Sequence record: LR745206.1
Strand: one strand, 5' to 3'
Length of the DNA: 64,000 nt
Below are positions 57,493-64,000 of the stretch, piece after piece. Position 1 is the stretch's first letter. Each line of letters begins with the position of its first letter. The notes under the pieces are model-generated. The model did no database searches. It had not been told where the DNA came from and was given only the letters and a program-made list of their open reading frames with translations. A program made the translations under genes and the position numbers.

Positions 57493-57696
57493 TTATATTA
57501 CTTTTTTTGTTAAAAATTTTGCTAGTTTGGATGACTTAAAGAATATCTCTGGTATAACCAATAGAATGAATATAGAGATTTCACAGAGTAACATAGTTAC
57601 CCCGGTATTTGTTGTTAGTATTCCATCTTTATACATTATTGATGCAATAATAGCAATTGATAAAGCGTGTATTAAGAATATTATATCTCTGACCAT
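57493..57696 (-). CDS. small two-TM protein
   Basis: ATG 4 nt after TATATTTG; heads lemA operon. Confidence 0.65.
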   Translation of the reverse strand: MVRDIIFLIHALSIAIIASIMYKDGILTTNTGVTMLLCEISIFILLVIPEIFFKSSKLAKFLTKKVI

Positions 57697-57758
57697 TTTA
57701 CAAATATAATAATTTTATTTTAATATATAACCAAGATAATAAAATTAAATTTATAAAA

Positions 57759-57983
57759 ATGGGACTTCCTGTTGTATCTTTTAAAGAGTTTGTAAAAAAT
57801 CCAATAGTAGCTTTACTATTCATGTGTTTGATGGCTATAGGATATTTATACATTGATAACAAATCTACACTAACAAATCAAATAGAAGAATTACAAGGTG
57901 AAGTTAAAACTTTAAGGGATGATTACAAAGCATTAAATGATAAATTCATAGATACAATACAAAAAATTAAAAAAAATGATTAA
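57759..57983 (+). CDS. TM plus coiled-coil protein
   Basis: TAATATATA at 57721-57729. Confidence 0.65.
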   Translation: MGLPVVSFKEFVKNPIVALLFMCLMAIGYLYIDNKSTLTNQIEELQGEVKTLRDDYKALNDKFIDTIQKIKKND

Positions 57984-58572
57984 ACATCTAAAAAAATACT
58001 TTTATATAATTTTCAGTATTTTTATTGCTGCTATTATAATAATAACTCTAAGAGAAGATCGTAATAAAAAACTTCATGAGACATGTGTTAGTGTGAATGA
58101 ATTAAGTAACCAATCGGATAGTCTTTTTAATTTAGCAGATGAAGTATTGGAAGTTGTTAGTAAGGAAAAAGAAATGAATGATTCTGTTGTTAATAGTTTG
58201 GATGATAAGGTTAAAAATAAAGAGATTACTATCGAAGAACAAATAAAGGAATTGAAGAGGTTGGTAAAACAATCTAATGATGCAAGGTTATTCGCTATCG
58301 AACAATCTGAACTTGCTACAGAAATGGAAAGGCAATCAATATTACAAAAACAATTAGCTGAGGAAGCTAGATTGCAATCCGAGATTAAATACAAGAAACT
58401 ACTAGAGGAGAATTTTAAACTACAAGAAACAATAGATATTTTAAATAAAAAGATTGAAGATCTAGCTAATTTACTTAACAAAAAAGCTGATATTATTGTT
58501 GATATTGAATCTGATACTATACCATCATTTGATAATGTAGATGATAAGAAAAAGAAAAAGAAAAGAAATTAA
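57976..58572 (+). CDS. membrane-anchored coiled-coil protein (spanin-like possible)
   Basis: N-terminal TM, long heptads, poly-Lys tail. Confidence 0.6.
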   Translation: MIKHLKKYFYIIFSIFIAAIIIITLREDRNKKLHETCVSVNELSNQSDSLFNLADEVLEVVSKEKEMNDSVVNSLDDKVKNKEITIEEQIKELKRLVKQSNDARLFAIEQSELATEMERQSILQKQLAEEARLQSEIKYKKLLEENFKLQETIDILNKKIEDLANLLNKKADIIVDIESDTIPSFDNVDDKKKKKKRN

Positions 58573-58578
58573 TTTCTT

Positions 58579-59310
58579 TTAGATAATTATTAAAATAGGA
58601 AGATGATCAGATAAACTTCTTCTATCTCCATCATATTTATAATCAAAAACTTCTGAATGATTTATCTTTAATCCTTTCTCAACAAAGAAATGGTCATAAC
58701 TATTATTACTTATACTACCATCTGTTTTGAATGTCGTTGGTAGTCCTTTTAATGGACATTGAAAATATGTTAATAAAGGAATATAAATTAAATGTTTTGA
58801 TGTTAGATTGAAATCACCACATATGATACCATCATTATATTTATATAGTTTTGATACTTCATATTGTGGATTTTTAGATGCTGGTACAATATGAACTTGT
58901 CTAATTACAATCTTTTTACAATTATAGGTAAAGTTTGCTACATAAGGCTCTCTATCAATAGAGTCAGCTAATGATTCATCTAAATAAGCAGAATCTAATT
59001 TAATATCTTTGTTATAAAGATAGGCATATCTTTCAGCCCCTTTACCACTAGTTCTATCCGATATGATGTAATCATATTTCAATATATTTGCTAATTGTAT
59101 AATACAAGAGTCACCATATTTTGATAATACTAATTCCTGTATAGCTATTATATCAGCCTTTGACTGTATCATCACCTCAGCAATTGCTGGTATTATGGTA
59201 TCTCTTTTGAATTTCGCCTCTCCTAGATTCTGTATGTTCCATGACATTATAACCTGTGAGAAGGTCATAATTGGTAATAAAACGAATAATAATAATATAA
59301 ATTTTTTCAT
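58579..59310 (-). CDS. secreted endonuclease/exonuclease/phosphatase (EEP) protein
   Basis: Signal peptide; SWNI, AIQE, GDFN, YDH, SDHLP. Confidence 0.9.
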   Translation of the reverse strand: MKKFILLLFVLLPIMTFSQVIMSWNIQNLGEAKFKRDTIIPAIAEVMIQSKADIIAIQELVLSKYGDSCIIQLANILKYDYIISDRTSGKGAERYAYLYNKDIKLDSAYLDESLADSIDREPYVANFTYNCKKIVIRQVHIVPASKNPQYEVSKLYKYNDGIICGDFNLTSKHLIYIPLLTYFQCPLKGLPTTFKTDGSISNNSYDHFFVEKGLKINHSEVFDYKYDGDRRSLSDHLPILIII

Positions 59311-59345
59311 AAAGTATATATCTAATCAAATATACGAATAATATT

Positions 59346-59534
59346 TCATATATCCTTCATTATAAGTTCAGTTAGTGGGTTGTTATAAATATCAAGCTTA
59401 CCTAAATTGTAACCAACCCATCTTCCTTCTTTCGGAAAATAAACTTTAACCATAAAATAGTCTAACTCTGATATCCACATACTATCTACTATACCAGGTC
59501 CATTTGGTGTGTTGACTTCAACTTCTCTCTTCAT
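59346..59534 (-). CDS. hypothetical protein
   Basis: 62-aa ORF. Confidence 0.6.
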   Translation of the reverse strand: MKREVEVNTPNGPGIVDSMWISELDYFMVKVYFPKEGRWVGYNLGKLDIYNNPLTELIMKDI

Positions 59535-59580
59535 TAATATTTAATAATTTTTTATGAAACTATATATTAATATATATTTA

Positions 59581-60030
59581 ATGAAATATCTAAAATTATT
59601 CGAAGGGGTAGATAATATAAATGAGGAGAAAGATTATATTTTGTATAGTTTAGCTAATTTGGTTATAGATCAAATGGAGGAATATGTTAAAAATGAAACG
59701 ACACATCACACACTTGAATTAGCCAGTGAGCGTTTTAGCGCTACTACAATCTATTCAATTATATTTGGTGGGGAGGATAAGTTAATAATGGGTATAAATA
59801 AGTTATTTGATGAAATGGATTTACACACCGGTGATTATAGAATTAATCAACCCAATGTTAGACTAAATATTAAAACAATGAATATTGAACAATCAGGATC
59901 ATGGTCAAAAACACTATATTTATATATAAGTAATGCTTATAAACTATTGAAATATTGTGATAGTGATGATGAATTAAAGTCTCAGTTATCGAATTGGGAA
60001 GATATAGAAAAATATATGGAGAAGAAATAA
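59581..60030 (+). CDS. hypothetical protein, N-tag
   Basis: Start moved to MKYLKLFEG; TAATATATA at 59568-59576. Confidence 0.75.
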   Translation: MKYLKLFEGVDNINEEKDYILYSLANLVIDQMEEYVKNETTHHTLELASERFSATTIYSIIFGGEDKLIMGINKLFDEMDLHTGDYRINQPNVRLNIKTMNIEQSGSWSKTLYLYISNAYKLLKYCDSDDELKSQLSNWEDIEKYMEKK

Positions 60031-61403
60031 TGTTACAAAGGTCTTATTACGAATTTCTTTTAGAAAAGAGAGAGAATGAAATATTAGAATTATTAAATGA
60101 ATCGGTTTTTATAATGTCTAGTAAAATGGGTGATATCATTGAAGAATTGGTAGATAACAAAGAGGACTATTCGAAAATAGCTAAGTGTTTTTATTTACTT
60201 GATATGGAAGATATAGATACTAAGGTTAGTTACTTAGACCTAGGTGATGATAACTCATCTATAACATTTTTAGATCCTGATAAAGTTGATAAAATTAGAG
60301 ATGAAAAGGGGTGGACGGTAAATGATGTTTATCGTAATGTAAAAGGTAACTCTATTAAAGTTGGTAGATTAGCGAGAAAGGTTATTGAATTATATGTTAA
60401 ATATAAAAAGCCAAAGGGGTCTGATTTTAACTTCACTGATCAGGATATTGAAAAGTTTGTAAATGCTTATAAATCACAATATGATTTTAGTAATAATATA
60501 ATGGATAGTTTTAGTTTAGTGAGTGGTGATGATATAAAGGATGTTTATTTAGATTCTAATTATTATAATGAAGATGGTACACTTGGTGGATCTTGCATGA
60601 GAGATGAAGATTGTCAAGATTATTTTAGGTTATATACTGATTCGTCTGTTAATCTTTTGGTATTAAAATCTCCTAATAAAAAGATAATGGGTCGAGCAGT
60701 TATTTGGACACTAATGGATGGTTCTAAATTCATGGATAGAGTTTATACTAACAGAGATTCCGATGTTGATTTGTTTATTAAGTATGCTAAGGAAAACGGA
60801 TTCACTTATAAAAATAATCAAAATTCATTAGCAAATACTAAATTTCTTACACCAGATGATGATTATTCGGAACCAAAAAATCTCAAATTAGAATCTAAGG
60901 TTTATAAGTTTCGATATGATGAAAGAGAAGATGCTAATTTCCCTTATATGGATACTATGAAATATCTTTATTGGAGAGAAGGTGTTGTCCGTAACTATAC
61001 AACTTCTGGAAGTTATTATGTTTGTATGGAAGATACAGATGGTGGTTGTGACTGTAATGAATGTAATGGTGATGGTAAATCAGAATGTGAATCTTGTCAC
61101 GGTAGGGGTAGTAATGATTGTGATTCATGTGATGGGAATGGATGGACTAACTGTGAGGAATGTGATGGACAAGGTAGTTATGATTGTAGTGAGTGTGATG
61201 GTAGAGGATTAATTGATAATGGTGAAACTGAGTGTGATAAGTGTAGTGGTAATGGTTATGTGGATTGTGATAAATGTTCAGCATCTGGTCACATAGACTG
61301 TGATGATTGTAATACCAATGGATCAATGGAGTGTGAAGATTGTGAAGGTGAAGGTAATGCTTCTTGTTCTAGATGTGGTGGGTTCTCAAATAAATGGGAT
61401 TAA
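60030..61403 (+). CDS. protein with ten C-terminal DnaJ-type CxxCxGxG repeats
   Basis: Start moved to MLQRSYYEFLLE; GSCM..GRAVIW..FMDRVY core; CNECNGDG...CSRCGG. Confidence 0.8.
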   Translation: MLQRSYYEFLLEKRENEILELLNESVFIMSSKMGDIIEELVDNKEDYSKIAKCFYLLDMEDIDTKVSYLDLGDDNSSITFLDPDKVDKIRDEKGWTVNDVYRNVKGNSIKVGRLARKVIELYVKYKKPKGSDFNFTDQDIEKFVNAYKSQYDFSNNIMDSFSLVSGDDIKDVYLDSNYYNEDGTLGGSCMRDEDCQDYFRLYTDSSVNLLVLKSPNKKIMGRAVIWTLMDGSKFMDRVYTNRDSDVDLFIKYAKENGFTYKNNQNSLANTKFLTPDDDYSEPKNLKLESKVYKFRYDEREDANFPYMDTMKYLYWREGVVRNYTTSGSYYVCMEDTDGGCDCNECNGDGKSECESCHGRGSNDCDSCDGNGWTNCEECDGQGSYDCSECDGRGLIDNGETECDKCSGNGYVDCDKCSASGHIDCDDCNTNGSMECEDCEGEGNASCSRCGGFSNKWD

Positions 61404-61636
61404 CAAACCTCTCTATAATAAAGATTTGCTAGTAGTTTTCTAGCAAGTTTAAATTCACTTACCCTATTCAACTTTAATCCATATATCAAAGCCACATCAT
61501 TTAAATGTGGCATAACTTCTGATATTTTCATTTTACCTATTTCCATTTTATAAATTATCATATCCAAATCCATATTCTTGTCTATTAAATTCTTCTCTAC
61601 GTCTATCCCAGTTGTATTGTGCTCTTCTGTGAGCAT
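61400..61636 (-). CDS. hypothetical protein
   Basis: Short ORF; start uncertain. Confidence 0.5.
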   Translation of the reverse strand: MLTEEHNTTGIDVEKNLIDKNMDLDMIIYKMEIGKMKISEVMPHLNDVALIYGLKLNRVSEFKLARKLLANLYYREVC

Positions 61637-62750
61637 CTCTTGTTATGATATCTATATTTCCTGTATCTGGATTATAATTTAGATCCCATGTATCATTCTG
61701 AACTAATTCCTCATCTTCCTTATCTATAATAGGAGTTACTTTTATAACAAACCCACTACTCAAAAATTCAATTGAAATATCACATATATGATATCCCTTT
61801 ATCTTGGAAATAGCATCTGTTAGTTCATAAAATATATTAGTTGATTTATCATCCATTTTGAATATTACACCATTATCTGATTTTTTAGCACCAAATTTAA
61901 ATGATATTTTATAAAAATGATCTTTGTATAAAATATTAAAATTATCATCACCAATAACATCTATAACATGTGAGAAACAATCTTTTATAACATCATTTGT
62001 TATATTTTTTGTAAAATCATCAACTTGTTTAATAATTGATAACTGTCTATTATTTTGTTTTATTTCTTCGCTGATATTATTTTCTATTTGACTTCTTATA
62101 TTTCTTATGAAGTCATTCAATATTTCATTTATATTTAATTCAGTTCTTCTACTTCTAAGATATTCTTTCTTAGGTATAGAGATATTTCTATAATCATGAT
62201 TTTTTATTCCTATACTAGGATTTGAATCTATATTATGTAATGTTTTATAAGTTCTACTAACAATAGTATCCGAAACCTTAACATCATAAAATGTCATATC
62301 AGAGTCCCTATTTTCGCTTATTGATAGATTCAAAGTTACACTTTTAACGAATATTCTACTATTATCTATGTTAATAACACCAATTCCATAACCAGGAATA
62401 CTATTTGATGTTGTTAAACTTCCCATTGGTTGGAATAAATATGACCCATCGATATTTAAAGCTACTTTATATTCATAACTACTATTCTCATATCTAGAAC
62501 GTGTATAATAGCTATCTCTACGATAGGTATCATTATTCCCATAATAATTATCATAATCATTTTCTATTCTAGAGATTCTACACCAATGTGGTGTTTTTAT
62601 TGATCTTATTTTATCTCCAAGTGTTTCAACAATAGGTTTTGGTGTTTCAATTTGTTTTGTTGTTTCAATTGGATTTTTATCGCGCGATGTTGTATCCGAA
62701 TATAATCCGCCCCATCCTAAATTTTTAAATATATCACGAAATGCCATCAA
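61548..62750 (-). CDS. hypothetical protein (400 aa)
   Basis: Long ORF, no recognisable motif. Confidence 0.75.
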   Translation of the reverse strand: MMAFRDIFKNLGWGGLYSDTTSRDKNPIETTKQIETPKPIVETLGDKIRSIKTPHWCRISRIENDYDNYYGNNDTYRRDSYYTRSRYENSSYEYKVALNIDGSYLFQPMGSLTTSNSIPGYGIGVINIDNSRIFVKSVTLNLSISENRDSDMTFYDVKVSDTIVSRTYKTLHNIDSNPSIGIKNHDYRNISIPKKEYLRSRRTELNINEILNDFIRNIRSQIENNISEEIKQNNRQLSIIKQVDDFTKNITNDVIKDCFSHVIDVIGDDNFNILYKDHFYKISFKFGAKKSDNGVIFKMDDKSTNIFYELTDAISKIKGYHICDISIEFLSSGFVIKVTPIIDKEDEELVQNDTWDLNYNPDTGNIDIITRDAHRRAQYNWDRRREEFNRQEYGFGYDNL

Positions 62751-62764
62751 TTATCATTTAAAAT

Positions 62765-62792
62765 AAAATACAACCCAAATGGGTTGTATTTT
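62765..62792. terminator. intrinsic terminator
   Basis: AAAATACAACCC/GGGTTGTATTTT. Confidence 0.8.
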
Positions 62793-62807
62793 ATAAATAT
62801 TTTATTA

Positions 62808-63059
62808 TTACTTAGAAAAAGTACCAGCCACCATTTGTGTTTCAATTTCCTTTGCTCTTAAAATAGCAGCTTCTTTATTTTTGAATCCTGTTTCAATCAT
62901 TTTCTTACCAGCAAATATACCGATTGTTGTTGATTGACACTTTCTAATCTTTTCTTTACTACCGACAGCAGTTACATAACCAAATACTAGCTTTTGTCTG
63001 ATTCTTAATCCACCAACTTGAGCAATTACTTTACCAATGTCATTTTTTCCTAGTCCCAT
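62808..63059 (-). CDS. basic hypothetical protein
   Basis: 83-aa ORF. Confidence 0.7.
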   Translation of the reverse strand: MGLGKNDIGKVIAQVGGLRIRQKLVFGYVTAVGSKEKIRKCQSTTIGIFAGKKMIETGFKNKEAAILRAKEIETQMVAGTFSK

Positions 63060-63123
63060 TTTTTCTTTTCTTTTTTAAGTGATTAATTTCTACAAATATA
63101 TATAAAGTATTTTAATTAAACTA

Positions 63124-63438
63124 TTATTTTTTCAAAATATTATTAATTAATCTATTTCTTTTTTCTTGTTTTGTTTCTGGTTCACCAATAGCTCTTACAT
63201 TAACATCAACAATATCAGTATCATTTGGTAATTGTTTTGTTGATTTTACCCATTTCCAGTCACCTGGTGTCATTTTAGTTTTTTCTTGTTTATGACATAC
63301 ATTACATTTTCGCCACCTTGGTAGTACCTTCCCTTCTATATTACTTCTATCAGAATGTAATCTAACATTCCAATACCTCCATGTGTGTTTACATGTGAGT
63401 TGTTTAAAGTAGAATTTTATTACTTGTAAAATACCCAT
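63124..63438 (-). CDS. Cys/His protein, C-tag
   Basis: CKH..CNVC; KRNRLINNILKK. Confidence 0.7.
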   Translation of the reverse strand: MGILQVIKFYFKQLTCKHTWRYWNVRLHSDRSNIEGKVLPRWRKCNVCHKQEKTKMTPGDWKWVKSTKQLPNDTDIVDVNVRAIGEPETKQEKRNRLINNILKK

Positions 63439-63719
63439 TAGATATTTATTCTTTTGTATTTATTTGATTCAACCCAACTTATTTTGAATCGAGCTGTTCC
63501 ATAGTATCTATTATTGACGAAGCATTCCAATAGATTGGTTTTTTTATTAAAATTAAATTTAACTTTCTTTTTATCACTAGCACCAACAATTTGTGCTACT
63601 TCTAATACGAATATCTTTTTATGTGGTTGAAATTGTGTTTTGAAATTTCCCATAGTTCCTCTAATAGAAATATAGGTTTGCTCAGATTCATTTTCAATTA
63701 AATTTTTTATAAAATCCAC
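63438..63719 (-). CDS. hypothetical protein
   Basis: 93 aa; TATATTTG upstream. Confidence 0.6.
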   Translation of the reverse strand: MDFIKNLIENESEQTYISIRGTMGNFKTQFQPHKKIFVLEVAQIVGASDKKKVKFNFNKKTNLLECFVNNRYYGTARFKISWVESNKYKRINI

Positions 63720-63763
63720 ATTTTATGATTTAGTTACTGCAAATATAATAAAAAAAATTCAAT

Positions 63764-64000
63764 TTATAACATATCTTTTAATCCTACTAACATTTCACAA
63801 GAAAGACCAGATCTATCTCTAAGATTTACTTCGGTTGATATGTTTTTACCAAAATAGTTAATATCAACTTTTATATAAGCTCTAACAGAAAATCCAGATG
63901 ATGATTTTGACATCTGAACACTTGTTATCTCAGGAAATTGAATTTTTAAATCATTTGTGTATTTCCTTTCTAAGGATTTTTGCTCAACCCTTGTTATTGA
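63764..64000 (-). CDS. partial hypothetical protein (5' end outside window)
   Basis: 79 open codons from the window edge to TAA. Confidence 0.55.
   Translation of the reverse strand, partial: SITRVEQKSLERKYTNDLKIQFPEITSVQMSKSSSGFSVRAYIKVDINYFGKNISTEVNLRDRSGLSCEMLVGLKDML

Noticed and set aside
57759-58572. Firm holin/spanin lysis cassette
   Set aside because: Only TM plus coiled-coil topology; no endolysin or lipoprotein o-spanin adjacent.

Overview
Very AT-rich, gene-dense window with ~130 mostly short ORFs. It is most consistent with part of a huge (jumbo) phage genome infecting Bacteroidota. No capsid, terminase or polymerase gene lies in the window, so this rests on three signs: ORFan density, Bacteroidota-type TAnnTTTG promoters, and T9SS cargo genes. 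It encodes a stripped-down translation kit: EF-G, MetRS, mini-ValRS, mini-GluRS, a tRNA-binding domain, a CysRS fragment, deformylase, PTH2, an RF1-like factor and tRNA-Arg(UCU). It also encodes nucleotide/alarmone enzymes (HD hydrolase, MazG, NUDIX, class III cyclase), RNase HI, envelope proteins (LemA, TPM, M50, EEP, GH16) and four T9SS-type cargo proteins. Highlights: (1) the RF1-like gene has two in-frame UGA codons although UGA is a normal stop elsewhere; (2) a complete Val-leader attenuator precedes valS; (3) a leader peptide plus terminator precedes fusA; (4) metG lacks an AUG start; (5) two recurrent peptide tags occur on unrelated proteins, an N-tag MKYLKxF[NE]E and a C-tag R-[DEN]-x-[KR]-[IL]-x-x-[IL]-L, and they largely track two promoter classes; (6) a ~66-bp micro-inversion splits a T9SS cargo gene. 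All calls are from motif recognition by eye; no database searches were run.
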